From positions 17,236,001 to 17,300,000 of the forward strand of contig OZ024761.1 of assembly GCA_964016885.1 (NCBI GenBank): 64,000 nucleotides of DNA, written 5' to 3'. This stretch comes from Eledone cirrhosa (taxonomy: Eukaryota). Shown here piece after piece: positions 26,073-45,239 of the stretch. The notes beneath the pieces were generated by a model, which was not told where the DNA came from, searched no databases, and saw only the letters and a program-made list of their open reading frames with translations. Each line of letters starts with the position of its first letter. Position 1 is the stretch's first letter. The position numbers and the translations under genes are program-made.

Positions 26073-26104
<32 letters not shown>

Positions 26105-26121
26105 AAGTGACACACACACAC

Positions 26122-26153
<32 letters not shown>

Positions 26154-26197
26154 GTATGTATATATATATGTATGTATATATATATATGTGTGTGTCA

Positions 26198-26244
<47 letters not shown>

Positions 26245-26266
<22 letters not shown>

Positions 26267-26312
26267 ATATGCACACATCTATATATATATATGTATATGT
26301 ATATTTACATGC

Positions 26313-26343
<31 letters not shown>

Positions 26344-26419
26344 TACATGCATATATATATATATATGTGTATATATATATATATATGTATATTTACATGC
26401 ATATATATATATATTTACA

Positions 26420-26485
<66 letters not shown>

Positions 26486-26507
26486 CATGCATATATATAT
26501 ATATATA

Positions 26508-26542
<35 letters not shown>

Positions 26543-26711
26543 TTACATGCATGTATATTTACATGCATATATATATATATATGTATATTATATATATATA
26601 TATGTATATTATATATATATATATGTATATTTACATGCAAATATATATATATACATGCATATATAGATGCATATATATATATATATGCATATATATATAT
26701 ATATATATATA

Positions 26712-26749
<38 letters not shown>

Positions 26750-26799
26750 TATATATATATATATATATATATGCATATATATATATATATATATATATA

Positions 26800-26833
<34 letters not shown>

Positions 26834-26949
26834 TATATATATATATATATATATATGCATATATATATATATGCATATATATATATATGCATATATATAT
26901 ATATATATATATATATGCATATATATATATATATGCATATATATATATA

Positions 26950-27031
<82 letters not shown>

Positions 27032-27218
27032 TATATATATATGCATATAAATATATATATATATGCATATATATATATACATACAAATACACACACATGC
27101 ATATAAATATATATGCATACATATATATATATATATATATTTATATATACATGCATATTTATATATATATACACACTCATATACATGTGTATATATATAT
27201 ATATATACACACACACAC
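26245..27218. repeat. (TA)n array punctuated by TTTACATGCA, then TGCA
   Basis: Direct reading. Confidence 0.95.
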
Positions 27219-27289
27219 TTCCGGGGTCGATAAAATAAAGTACCAGTAAGACTCTGGGTAATTGCTGGCCTTGTGCCGAAAGTAGAAAC

Positions 27290-27330
<41 letters not shown>

Positions 27331-27381
27331 AAAATATATATACACACACACACACACACAGATATACAGAGGGAGAGAGGC

Positions 27382-27440
<59 letters not shown>

Positions 27441-27682
27441 AAAGGTAGTTCATAGAAATGTTGGACTGCATTAGAAGCTTACATAGATTGCAATGTTGGT
27501 TTATAGAATAATTAAAAGAGAAACAAACGAGGCAACATAAAGAGAAGGTAACTGAGATAATAACTACATAAGATGGAATTATAGTCAACTAGAGTTGTAG
27601 TGGGATGATGGAGAGTAGGAGGAGGGTAAGGGGAAGATATATATATATGTATATATATATACATTTAAACATGTATGTATAT

Positions 27683-29425
27683 ACGATGATGGCTACCCCC
27701 TCGTTATCGAGTATAGCCATTGCACGAGAAAAAAAAACATAACAATAATAATAATAATAGCATCAACAACAACAATAACGACAACAACAACAACAATAAT
27801 ATACATATATATATACACACACACACACATAAACATCTATACACACACACACACGATAGCAATTAACAGCGTTGCGATCAAATTAGCCCAGCCAATGATC
27901 TAAAATGTCTTGCACAGAGTCGGCAACCAAAACATTCACTGGGAATAGCCGGCTGTGGTTGGAGTTCATGTACTTTTGCATGTCGTTTGAGCCCTCCTAC
28001 TGATTTACATTCTGTACCACATGCTTGGCAAGCATGATGAGTATCATCTCCAACAGCAGCCTGCTAGTCAACCACTAGTCTTACTTTATGACTGTGAAGA
28101 TGACTTTCGAGTCCAGCTTTGCTTAGGCAGAGTCTCGCACAGACGCTGCATGTCAGCACCATAGGAGGACCTTCGCTGTCTGGAAGTGCAACAACAATGC
28201 CCTTCCTCACATCCCGCTTTACTTTCTCATATGCGATTCGAGATGCCTCAAGGCAACTTTTCCCTCATATACAGTCTTTCTCCATTTATTACGATCAGCA
28301 GCAATATTTTCCCAAGTATCAGCAGAGATGTTAGCGTCTTTCAGAGAGGCTTTCAAGGAATCCTTAAACCTCTTTTTTGGTTTATGTGGCGGTCATTTTC
28401 CTTTAACCAACTCTCCATAAAAGAGTTGTTTTGGTATTCTAGAATCCTTCATCCTGGCAAGGTGACAACTCCAACAGAGACGTTGCTTAAGCACAAGAGC
28501 TTCTATACTGTCACACATAGAGCTTTCCAAAATCTCGACATCACTGATGTGGTCCCTCCAGTGAACGCCATGGATCCGTCTGAGACACATCTGATGGAAA
28601 CACTCCAATTGCTTCAGGTGGTGTCGTATGTGACCCAGGTCTCGCAGGCATAAAGAAGAGAAGAGAGCACACATGCTTTGTACACCTTTACCTTTGTCTT
28701 CTTGCATATGTCTCGCTGACCCCAGAGTCGCCTTTCTAGCTTTCCGAAAGCATCACTTGCGTTCCTAATCCTGAGTGGGATTTCATTATCAAGGTTGCTG
28801 TATCAATTGACAGTGCTTCCCAGGTAGACAAACTGATCAACCACTCCAAGTCGTTTACCATACACATAGATATTTGGTTCACTGTCCTGCTTACCAGGAG
28901 CAGGTTGGTACATTACGATGGTTTTCTTGAGACTGACAGTCAATCCTAGGGCAGTGCAAGCATCAGAAAATGCATTCAAATGTGTTGCATATCTCTGTGT
29001 GCGCTACAAGATCGCAATCATCTGCATACAATAGGTCTCTTATGATTGATGTAAATACTTTTGTTTTTGCAGCAAAGCGCTTGATGTTAAATATGCTGCC
29101 TGAGGTTCGATATCGGATGTAAACACCATGCTGTAAATTCCTGAATGCAATATAGAAAACCATTGAAAAGTATATGGCAAACAGGGTCGGTGCTGGAATA
29201 TTCCCCTGTTTCACACCATTTTTACTGAGATAGGCTCCGACATATTACCTCCGACATTAAACCAAGCCTTCATGTCGTCATGGAAAGACCTAACCAAAGC
29301 AAGGAACTTATTAGGGCAACAAAGTTTCTGGAGAACCTTCCATAATGCATTTCTGTTAACAGTATCGAAAGCTTTTGTCAGATCGACAAAAACCTGATAC
29401 AGATCCAAACCTTGTTCCATGCACT

Positions 29426-29428
<3 letters not shown>
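27683..29428 (-). mobile_element. RTE/BovB-like LINE RT pseudogene with three C-terminal C2H2-type fingers
   Basis: [33 protein letters not shown] and RMKDSRIPKQLFYGEL motifs, with frameshifts. 3' terminal piece at 27683-27730 is separated by a microsatellite. Confidence 0.92.
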
Positions 29429-29484
<56 letters not shown>

Positions 29485-29659
29485 CATATATATACATATA
29501 CATATATATACATACATATATATATACATATATATACATACATATATATATACATATATATACATACATATATATATACATATATATACATACATATATA
29601 TATACATATATATACATACATATATATACATATATATATATATACATATATATACATAC

Positions 29660-29690
<31 letters not shown>

Positions 29691-29695
29691 CATAC

Positions 29696-29738
<43 letters not shown>

Positions 29739-29774
29739 CATACATACATATATATATATATATACATACATATA

Positions 29775-30384
29775 TGGTGGCTGCCAACTCGTTTTCGAGT
29801 ACGGCCACTACTTTATATCCATGTAGGAGAACCCCTACTGATGCGCTGAACGAGTGTGACTTTTTAGTCCAGCCAGCGACTTGAAAGCTCTGGTACAAAC
29901 ACTACACTTGTGACAATTATTGACACATAGTGCTGGGCCCATGGTACCATGTGACGACAAATGCAGAGAGATCTCCAGATATAAAGCAATGCCTGTGCCG
30001 TGAAGCTTTTATAGTGAGCAAAGGCACTGCACAAAGCCAGTCCCACTCTCTTAACCAAGATGATATTTACCAAAAAGAAGAACAAGTCAACATCATTGGA
30101 TACCATCAGGGTTGCAGGTGTTATATCAGAGTTTTCCTTCTCCTAGAATTCTGCCTTGACAAAGGCTAAGGGGTCATCTCTCCCGGTGATTTTGGATGGC
30201 CATTGACTCTTAAGAGCTCCTTTGCCTTTTGACAGGTTTTGTTTTTAGTCCTGCAGGATGTCCAAAGTCACCCTCCTCACCAAGAAACCTTGGTGGGGTT
30301 GCCAGTTTAGTCGCCAACGACCCGACCATGGGACAGGTTGTACTGGAATACATGTTACCAGTAGCACCAACTGGTGACCTGACA
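29775..30384 (-). mobile_element. ~610-bp non-autonomous RTE-derived element, copy 1
   Basis: Non-coding. Contains GGAGAAGGAAAACTCTGA, resembling RTE 5'UTRs. 3' end TGGCCGTACTCGAAAACGAGTTGGCAGCCACCA resembles the LINE end at 27683-27725. Near-identical to 36134-36743. Confidence 0.7.
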
Positions 30385-30439
30385 TAAACATATATATGTA
30401 TATATATACATACATACATATATATATATATATACATAC

Positions 30440-30482
<43 letters not shown>

Positions 30483-30513
30483 CATACATACATATATATA
30501 TATATATACATAC

Positions 30514-30558
<45 letters not shown>

Positions 30559-30585
30559 CATACATATATATATATATATACATAC

Positions 30586-30760
<175 letters not shown>

Positions 30761-30867
30761 CATATATATATATACATATATATATACATACATATATATA
30801 TACATATATATATACATATACATATATATATATACATATATATATATACATATATATATACATATAC

Positions 30868-30906
<39 letters not shown>

Positions 30907-31312
30907 CATATATATACATACATATACATACATATATATATATATATACATATATATACATACATATACATATATATATATACATATATATACATATATA
31001 TATATATATACATATATATACATACATATATATATACATATATATACATACATATACATATATATATATACATATACATATATATATACATACATATATA
31101 CATACATATATATATATACATATACATATATATATATACATATATATATACATATATATATATACATATATTTATACATACATATATATATATATATATA
31201 CATATATATACATATATTTATACATACATATATATATATACATATATATACATACATATATTTATACATACATATATATATATACATATATATACATATA
31301 TTTATACATACA

Positions 31313-31344
<32 letters not shown>

Positions 31345-31701
31345 CATATATTTATACATACATATATATATACATATATATATATACATATATTTATACA
31401 TACATATATATATATATATACATATATATACATATATTTATACATATATATTTATACATATATATATATAAATATACATATATTTATACATACATATATA
31501 TATATATACACATATATATATATACACATATATACACATATATATACACATATATATACATACATATATATACATATACATATATATATATATACATATA
31601 TATACATATATATACATATATATATATATACGTATATATATATATACATATATATATATATACATATATATACATATACATATATATACATATATATACA
31701 C

Positions 31702-31734
<33 letters not shown>

Positions 31735-31915
31735 CATATATATACATATACATATATATACATATATATACATATATACACATATATATACATATATATA
31801 TATATACATACACATATATATACATATATATATATATACATATACACATATATATACATATATATATATATACATATACACATATATATACATATATATA
31901 TATATACATATACAC

Positions 31916-31972
<57 letters not shown>

Positions 31973-32023
31973 TATATATATACATATATATACATATATA
32001 TATATATACATATATATATATAC

Positions 32024-32086
<63 letters not shown>

Positions 32087-32431
32087 CATATATATATATA
32101 CATATATATATATATACATATATATACATATACATATATATATATATACATATATATACATATACATATATATACATATATATATATATATACATATATA
32201 TACATATATATATATATACATATATATACATATATATATATATACATATATATACATATATATACATATACATATATATACATATACATATATATACATA
32301 TATATATATATACATATATATACATATATATATACATATATATACATATATATATACATATATATATATACATATATATACATATATATATATATACATA
32401 TATATACATATATATATATACATATATATAC

Positions 32432-32462
<31 letters not shown>

Positions 32463-32959
32463 CATATATATACATATATATATACATATATATATATACA
32501 TATATATACATATATATATACATATATATATATACATATATATACATATATATATATATACATATATATACATATATATATACATATATATATACATATA
32601 TATACATATATATATATATACATATATATACATATATATATATATATACATATATATACATATATATATACATATATACATATATATATATATACATATA
32701 TATACATATATATATATACATATATATATACATATATATATACACATATATATATACATATATATATATACATGTATATATATATACATATATATATATA
32801 TACACATATATATATACATATATATATATATACATGTATATATATATACATATATATATATATACATATATATATACACATATATATATATACACATATA
32901 TATATACATATATATATATACATATATACATATATATATATATACATATATATATATAC

Positions 32960-33007
<48 letters not shown>

Positions 33008-33010
33008 GTA

Positions 33011-33101
<91 letters not shown>

Positions 33102-33104
33102 GTA

Positions 33105-33226
<122 letters not shown>

Positions 33227-33235
33227 CATATATAT

Positions 33236-33476
33236 ATAGGAACCAGTAAGACCCCGACAGCTGAGCTCAAGCCGTTTCGACGGCTAATTCTGGACTCGGA
33301 TTATATATATATATAATATATGTATATATATTTCTAGTCCAGAATTAGCCGTCGAAACGGCTTGAGCTCAGCTGTCGGGGTCTTACTGGTTCCTATTACC
33401 CACTCTACTACCTCAAGTATTGAGTACTTTGGTGCGTTATGGTCCACCTGGTTCCTTACCACATTTCCTTTGTTAC
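33236..33476 (+). mobile_element. Short PLE/retrozyme-like element with 61-bp inverted duplication
   Basis: Arms 33236-33296 and 33336-33396. Body related to 3488 and 19621. Carries a possible hammerhead 3' half GTC-GAAA-CGGC-TT-GAGCT. Confidence 0.65.
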
Positions 33477-33479
33477 ATA

Positions 33480-33511
<32 letters not shown>

Positions 33512-33624
33512 CATATATATATACACATATATATATATATATATACATATATATATACACATATATATATATATATATACATATATATATACACATATAT
33601 ATATATATATATACATATATATAT

Positions 33625-33665
<41 letters not shown>

Positions 33666-33767
33666 TATATACACATATATATATATATATATACATATAT
33701 ATATACACATATATATATGTATATATACATATATATATACACATATATATATATATATGTATATATG

Positions 33768-33971
<204 letters not shown>

Positions 33972-34014
33972 CATATATGTATATATATATATACATATAT
34001 ATATATACATATAC

Positions 34015-34185
<171 letters not shown>

Positions 34186-34426
34186 CATATATATATACAC
34201 ATATATATATATATATATACATTTATATACATATATGCATATATATATACATATATATACATATATATATATATATACATATATATATACACATATATAT
34301 ATATATATATACATACATATATATATACACATATATACATATATATATATATTTATATATATACATATATATATACATATATATATACATATATATATAT
34401 ACATATATATATACATATATATATAC

Positions 34427-34473
<47 letters not shown>

Positions 34474-34517
34474 CATATATATATATATACATATATATAC
34501 ATATATATATACATATA

Positions 34518-34571
<54 letters not shown>

Positions 34572-34577
34572 CATACA

Positions 34578-34633
<56 letters not shown>

Positions 34634-34639
34634 CATACA

Positions 34640-34735
<96 letters not shown>

Positions 34736-34780
34736 CATACATATATATATATACATACATATATATATATATATACATAC

Positions 34781-34833
<53 letters not shown>

Positions 34834-34838
34834 CATAC

Positions 34839-34893
<55 letters not shown>

Positions 34894-34916
34894 CATACAT
34901 ATATATATATATATAC

Positions 34917-34947
<31 letters not shown>

Positions 34948-34988
34948 CATACATATATATATATACATACATATATATATATACATAC

Positions 34989-35019
<31 letters not shown>

Positions 35020-35025
35020 CATACA

Positions 35026-35080
<55 letters not shown>

Positions 35081-35082
35081 AC

Positions 35083-35170
<88 letters not shown>

Positions 35171-35194
35171 ATATATATACATATATACATATAC

Positions 35195-35227
<33 letters not shown>

Positions 35228-35254
35228 CATACATATATATATATATATACACAT

Positions 35255-35322
<68 letters not shown>

Positions 35323-35446
35323 ATATATATACATATATACATATACATATATATATATATATACATATATATACATAAATATATATATATATACATATAT
35401 GTATATATACATATACATATATATATATACATATATGTATATATAC

Positions 35447-35515
<69 letters not shown>

Positions 35516-35565
35516 CTTATATATATATATATACATATATATATATACATATATATATACATACA

Positions 35566-35615
<50 letters not shown>

Positions 35616-36133
35616 CATATATATATATACATATATATATACATACATATATATATATACATATACATATATATATATATACATATATATATATACATAT
35701 ATATATACATACATATATATATATACATATATATATATACATATATATATACATATATATATACATATATATATACATATATATATACATATATATATAC
35801 ATATATATATACATATATACATATATACATATACATATATATATACATATATATATACATATATATATACATATATACATATATATATATACATATATAT
35901 ATACATATATACATATACATATATATATATACATATATATATACACATATATACATATATATACACATATATACATATATATATACACATATATATATAT
36001 ATATACACATATATACATATATATATACACATATATATATACACATATATATATATATATATATACACATATATATATACATATATATACACATATATAT
36101 ATACATATATATATATACATATATATATATATA

Positions 36134-36743
36134 TGGTGGCTGCCAACTCGTTTTCGAGTACGGCCACTACTTTATATCCATGTAGGAGAACCCCTACCGA
36201 TGCCCTGAACAAGTGTGACTTTTTAGTCCAGCCAGTGACTTGAAAACTCTGGTACAAACACTACACCTGTGACAATTATTGACACATAGTGCTGGGCCCA
36301 TGGTACCATGTGACGACAAGTGCAGAGAGATCTCCAGATATAAAGCAATGCCTGTGCCGTGAAGCTTTTATAGTGAGCAAAGGCACTGCACAAAGCCAGT
36401 CCCACTCTCTTAACCAAGATGATATTTACCAAAAAGAAGAACAAGTCAACATCATTGGATACCATCAGGGTTGCAGGTGTTATATCAGAGTTTTCCTTCT
36501 CCTAGAATTCTGCCTTGACAAAGGCTAAGGGGTCATCTCTCCCGGTGATTTTGGATGGCCATTGACTCTTAAGAGCTCCTTTGCCCTTTGACAGGTTTTG
36601 TTTTTAGTCCTGCAGGATGTCCAAAGTCACCCTCCACACCAAGAAACCTTGGTGGGGTTGCCAGTTTAGTCGCCAACGACCCGACCATGAGACAGGTTGT
36701 ACTGGGATACATGTTACCAGTAGCACCAACTGGTGACCTGACA
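36134..36743 (-). mobile_element. ~610-bp non-autonomous RTE-derived element, copy 2
   Basis: Differs from copy 1 at only a small number of positions. Confidence 0.7.
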
Positions 36744-36946
36744 CATATATACATATATATATATATACATATATATATATACATATATATATATATACAT
36801 ATATATATATACATATATATATATACATATATATATATACATATATATATATACATATATATATACATATATATACATATATATATACATATATATATAT
36901 ACATATATATATATACATATATATATATATGCATATATATATATAC

Positions 36947-36993
<47 letters not shown>

Positions 36994-37442
36994 CATATAT
37001 ATATATATACATATATATACATATATATATATATACATATATATACATATATATATATATATATACATACATATATATATATACACATATATATACATAT
37101 ACATATATATATACATATACATATATATATACATACATATATATACATATATATATATACATATATATATATATACATATACATATATATATACATACAT
37201 ATATATATATACATACATATATATATACATACATATATATATATACATACATATATATATACATACATATATACATACATATATATATATATATACATAC
37301 ATATATATATATACATACATATATATATATACATACATATATATATATACATACATATATATATATACATATATATATATACATATATATATACATATAT
37401 ATATACATATATATATACATATATATATACATATATATATAC

Positions 37443-37493
<51 letters not shown>

Positions 37494-37527
37494 TTTATAC
37501 ATACATGTATATATACATACATATATA

Positions 37528-37856
37528 TGTAGGAGGTGAGTTTTATTGTAGTACAATAAAGCAATGCAGATATCGGATAAGTAGCACTCTACAGTTTGTA
37601 GGACTGGAGTATAAATAATATATAAGATCAAAAGATGGTTAAAAGAGTTCCATGTATTTTATTATGCGCATCTCAAAAACAAATATCATCATGCAATAAC
37701 ATTTGCGTTTTCGTCAGATAAAATAGGGAGAGATGATATGATATGTTGATTTAAAACTGCACTGTTCACAAGTGTGTTATTGCATGATATTTGTTTTTGA
37801 AATGCGCATAATAAAATACATGGAACTCTTTTAACCATCTTTTGATCTTATATATT
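37528..37856 (-). mobile_element. Family B hammerhead element with partial inverted duplication; hammerhead at 37655-37725 has GAAA changed to GAGA
   Basis: Minus strand TATTTTAT-CTGACGA-stem II-GAGA-TGCGCA-TA-ATAAAATA. Plus-strand partial copy 37776-37856 keeps GAAA but lacks CTGANGA. Confidence 0.75.
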
Positions 37857-38179
37857 ATATACATATATATATACATACATATATATATATACATATATAC
37901 ATACATATATATATACATACATATATATATATACATATATATATACATACATATATATATACATATATATACACCATACATATATATACACCATATATCT
38001 ATATATCATATATATATCATATATATATATATATACACCATATATCTATATATTATATATATATCATATATATATATATACACCATATATATATACCACA
38101 TATATATACCATATATATATATATGTATATGTATATATACCACATATATATATACCATATCTATATAACATATATATAT

Positions 38180-38595
38180 GTCATCTACATGTGGAAAATC
38201 CTGGAGGGACTAGCACAAAACTTTGGCATTGGGAGCTGGACCAACCGTCGAACAGGACGTCACTGTGTGGTGCCAAAGGTCCCGTCTTCCACATCTAGAA
38301 TAAGGAGCAGGTATTGCAATAGCCTGGGATTCAAGGGCCCTCAACTCTTCAACAGGCTGCCGAGGCATCTGCGAGACTTGCATGACGTGGAGGTGGATGT
38401 CTTCAAGAAACATCTCGACACCTTGTTATCCAGGATCCAGCAAGACACGAGGGAAACCTAAGGGCAGCAGCAACAAACTCCCTCCAACACCAGTGGCCAA
38501 CCTATACAGGCTGGAGATAAAATGTGTAGCAACAAGGGCGGTGCCCCAGCATGGCCACACAGCCGATGGCTGAAACAGGTAAAAGAGTAAAAAAG
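38180..38595 (+). mobile_element. CR1/L2-type LINE 3' fragment
   Basis: IYMWKILEGL..GRHC..SLGFKGPQLFNRLP..LRDL..VDVFKKHLDTLL..RAAATNSL. The 3' end GGTGCCCCAGCATGGCC is also seen degenerate at 16921. Confidence 0.8.
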
Positions 38596-38871
38596 TATAT
38601 AATATATATATAACATATATATATATACCACATATATATATACCATATATATATATATACCACATATATATATACCATATATATAACATATATATATATA
38701 TAACATATATATATATGACATATATATATATATACCATATATATATACCACATATATATATATATATACCATATATATATATGTATATATATATACCACA
38801 TATATATATATATATGCATACCACATATATATATATATATATACCACATATATATATATATGTATACCACA

Positions 38872-38933
<62 letters not shown>

Positions 38934-39306
38934 CCATATATATATATATATATATACCATATATATATATATATATATACCATATATATATATATATATA
39001 TACCATATATATATACCACATATATATATATATATATATACCATATATATATATATACCACATATATATATATATATATACCATATATATATAGAGAGAG
39101 ATACCATATATATATATATAGATAGATACGATATATATATACCACATATATATATATATACCATATATATATATAGAGAGAGATACCATATATATATATA
39201 TATATATATAGATACCATATATATATACCACATTATATATATATACCATATATATAGAGAGAGATACCATATATATATATATATAGATACCATATATATA
39301 TACCAC

Positions 39307-39339
<33 letters not shown>

Positions 39340-39710
39340 TATATATATATATATATATATATATGGTATATATATATATATATATATACCATATATATAT
39401 ATATACCATATATATATATACCATATATATATATACCATACATATATACCATATATATATACCTTATATATATATATATAACATATATATATATATCATA
39501 TATATATATACCATATATATATCATATATACATATAATATATATATATATTATATATATATATATAATATATATACCATATATATATATATATATATAAT
39601 ATATATATATAATATATATACCATATATATATATATATAATATATATATATAATATATATACCATATATATTATATATATATATACCATATATATTATAT
39701 ATATATACCA

Positions 39711-39754
<44 letters not shown>

Positions 39755-40032
39755 TTATATATATATATACATATATATATATTTATATACATATATATAT
39801 ATATATACCACATATATATATATATGCCACATATATATATATGCCACGTATATATATATATATATATATGGTATATATATATGTAGCATATATATATATA
39901 TGCCACATATATATATATATAACATATATATATATATATGCCACATATATATATATGCCACATATATATATATGCCACATATATATATATGGTATATATA
40001 TATGTGACATATATATATATATATATGTGTGT

Positions 40033-40117
<85 letters not shown>

Positions 40118-40952
40118 GTATATATATATATATATATATGCCACATATATATATGCCACATATATATATATATATACCACACACATATATATATATACAC
40201 CATATATATATACCACATATATATATATCATATATATATATCACATATATATATATACCACATATATATATATATCACACATATATATATATATATACCA
40301 CATATATATATTATATATATATATCACATATATATATATCATATATATATATATCATATATATATATCATATATATATATATATCATATATATATATCAT
40401 ATATATATATCATATATATATATATATCATATATATATATCATATATATATATATATCATATATATATCATATATATATCATATATATATATATATATAT
40501 CATATATATATATCATATATATATATCATATATATATATATCATATATATATCATATATATATATATATCATATATATATATTGTATACATATATATATC
40601 ATATATATATATATGATATATATATATCATATATATATATCATATATATATATCATATATATATATATCATATATATATATATATATATCATAGATATAT
40701 ATCAAATATATATATATATCATAGATATATATATCATATATATATATATCATAGATATATATATATCACATATATATATATATATATATCATAGATATAT
40801 ATATCACATATATATATATATCATAGATATATATATCACATATATATATATATATCATAGAGATATATCACATATATATATATCACATATATATATATCA
40901 CATATATATATATCATATATATATATATATCATATATATATCATATATATAT

Positions 40953-40986
<34 letters not shown>

Positions 40987-41138
40987 ACATATATATATAT
41001 CATAGATATATATATCACATATATATATATATATCATAGATATATATATCACATATATATATATCACATATATATATATATCACATATATATATATATCA
41101 TATATATATATATATATATCATATATATATATATATAT

Positions 41139-41175
<37 letters not shown>

Positions 41176-42403
41176 TATATATATATATATATATATCATA
41201 TATATATATATCACATATATATATTTATCATATATATATATGATATATATATATATATCATATATATATATCATATATATATCATATATATATATATATA
41301 TATCATATATATATATATCATATATATATATATATCATATATATATATATATACCATATATATATATATATATACCATATATATATATATCATATATATA
41401 TATATATCATATATATATATACCATATATATATATATATATACCATATATATATATATATATACCATATATATATATACCATATATATATATATATATAC
41501 CATATATATATATACCATATATATATATACCATATATATATATACCATATATATATATACCATATATATACATATATATATATACCATATATATATACCA
41601 TATATATATATATATATATACCATATATATAACATATATATATACCATATATATATATATATATATATACCATATATATTTATATAGCATATATATATAT
41701 ACATATACACATATACCATATATATTTATATAGCATATATATATATACATATTCCATATATATATATACCATATATATATATATATATACATATACCATA
41801 TATATATATATATATATACCATATATATATATATATACCATATATATATATATCATATATATATATATACCATATATATATATATATATATACCATATAT
41901 ATATACCATATATATATATATATATATATACCATATATATATATATAACATATATATATATCTAACACATATATATATAACATATATATATATATATAAC
42001 ATATATATATATATATAACATATATATATATAACATATATATATATATATAACATATATATATATAACATATATATATATATATAACATATATATATATA
42101 TATAACATATATATATATAACATATATATATATATAACATATATATATATATAATATATATATATATAACATATATATATATATATAACATATATATATA
42201 TATATAACATATATATATATATAACATATATATATATATATATAACATATATATATATAACATATATATATATATATATAACATATATATATATAACATA
42301 TATATATATATAAACATATATATATATATATAACATATATATATATATATATATATAACATAATATATATATATATATATAACATAATATATATATATAT
42401 AAC

Positions 42404-42451
<48 letters not shown>

Positions 42452-42995
42452 ATATATATATATACCATATATATATATATAACATATATATATATACCAT
42501 ATATATAACATATATATATATAACATATATATATATATATAACATATATATATATATAACATATATATATATATAACATATTTATATATATATAACATAT
42601 TTATATATATATAACATATATATATTTATATATATATAACATATATATATTTATATATATAACATATATTTATATATATAACATATATATATATATAACA
42701 TATATATTTATATATATATATATTTATATATATATATATATATAACATATATATTTATATATATAACATATATATATATAACATATATATATTTATATAT
42801 ATAACATATATATATATAACATTATATATATATAACATATATATATATATATATATATATAACATATATATATATATATATATAACATATATATATATAT
42901 AACATATATATATATATATAACATATATATATATATATATATATAACATATATATATATATATATAACATATATATATATATATATAACATATAT

Positions 42996-43033
<38 letters not shown>

Positions 43034-43141
43034 ACATATATATATATATATAACATATATATATATATATTATATATTTCGTTTCTGAATGGCGTAGGAT
43101 AGAAGAAAGGAAAGGCACAGAAACAGAGGAAAGGAATCCCC

Positions 43142-43186
43142 AGTCACTGAAGAGGTCACAGAGTGTGTGACGAAAGGACTATGACT
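43142..43186 (+). ncRNA. Minimal type I hammerhead ribozyme motif (family D), in element 43078-43347
   Basis: AGTCA-CTGAAGA-G-GTCACA GAGTG TGTGAC-GAAA-GGAC-TA-TGACT. Confidence 0.75.
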
Positions 43187-44257
43187 ATATATAAACAACT
43201 ATCTGGTTGTGGAACCAACCAACCAACCAGAAATTTATAAGTTTGTAAATTTGTAAATTTATAAATTTATAAATATTTAATAAATTGAAGTGAATGCAAC
43301 TGGTGCGTGTGTTTCTTATTGGCAACATGACCCTCCCAAAGTATAACTATATATATGTTATATATATATATATGTTATATATATATATGTTATATATATA
43401 TATGTTATATATATATGTTATATAATATATATATATATATATGTTATATATATATATATATATATATGTTATATATATAACATATATATAAATGTATATA
43501 TATACATATATATAAATATGTATATATATACATATATATATAACATATATATATATAACATATATATATATAACATATATATATATATAACATATATATA
43601 TATATAACATATATATATATATAACATATATATATATATAACATATATATATATATAACATATATATATATATAACATATATATATATATAACATATATA
43701 TATATATATAACATATATATATATATATAACATATATATATATATAACATATATATATATATAACATATATATATATAACATATATATATATAACATATA
43801 TATATATAACATATATATATATAACATATATATATATAACATATATATATATAACATATATATATATAACATATATATATATAACATATATATATAACAT
43901 ATATATATAACATATATATATAACATATAAATATAACATATATATATAACATATAAATATAACATATAAATATGTATATATATACATATATATATAACAT
44001 ATATATATATAACATATATATATATATAACATATATATATATATAACATATATATATATATAACATATATATATAACACATATATATATAACACATATAT
44101 ATATATATAACATATATATATAACACATATATATATATATAACACATATATATATAACACATATATATAACACATATATATAACACATATATATATAACA
44201 CATATATATATAACACATATATATATAACACATATATATATAACACATATATATATA

Positions 44258-44301
<44 letters not shown>

Positions 44302-44944
44302 GTTATATATATATATAAATGTTATTTATATATATATAAATGTTATTTATATATATATATAAATGTTATATATATATATATATATATAAATGTTATATAT
44401 ATATATATATATATAAATGTTATATATATATATATATATATACCATATATATATATATATATATACCATATATATATACCATATATATACCATATATATA
44501 TATACCATATATATATATATATACCATATATATATACCATATATATACATATATATATATATACCATATATATACATATATATATATACCATATATATAT
44601 ATATATACCATATATATATATATATACCATATATATACATATATATATATACCATATATATATATACCATATATATATATATACCATATATATACCATAT
44701 ATATATATATACCATATATATATATATATATATATATATACCATATATATTATACACATATATATATATCGTATACATATATATATTAATATATATTATA
44801 TTATATATATATATATATATCGTATACATATGTACATTATATATCGATAAAATAAAGTACCAGTAATACATTAGAATAATTTCTGGCCTTTTGCCAAAAG
44901 TAGAAACAATTATATATATATCGTATACATATAAATATATATCG

Positions 44945-44997
<53 letters not shown>

Positions 44998-45239
44998 CGT
45001 ATCAATCTACATATATTTATATATATATATTGAGGTTTTTTTCTATAACAATAAACAATTCGTCTTGACAATAATAATAATAATAATTATAGTGATTACT
45101 TCACATCATATAAACAACATAGAGCAGCCAACATTTTTTTGTTGTTCGTCTGGAGATCGAAGCCATAAGATTTTTCAAGCATTCTGTTTCAACGTGAATG
45201 CAAAGAGCGACGACGACTTTACATTAAAATCGACAAGTG

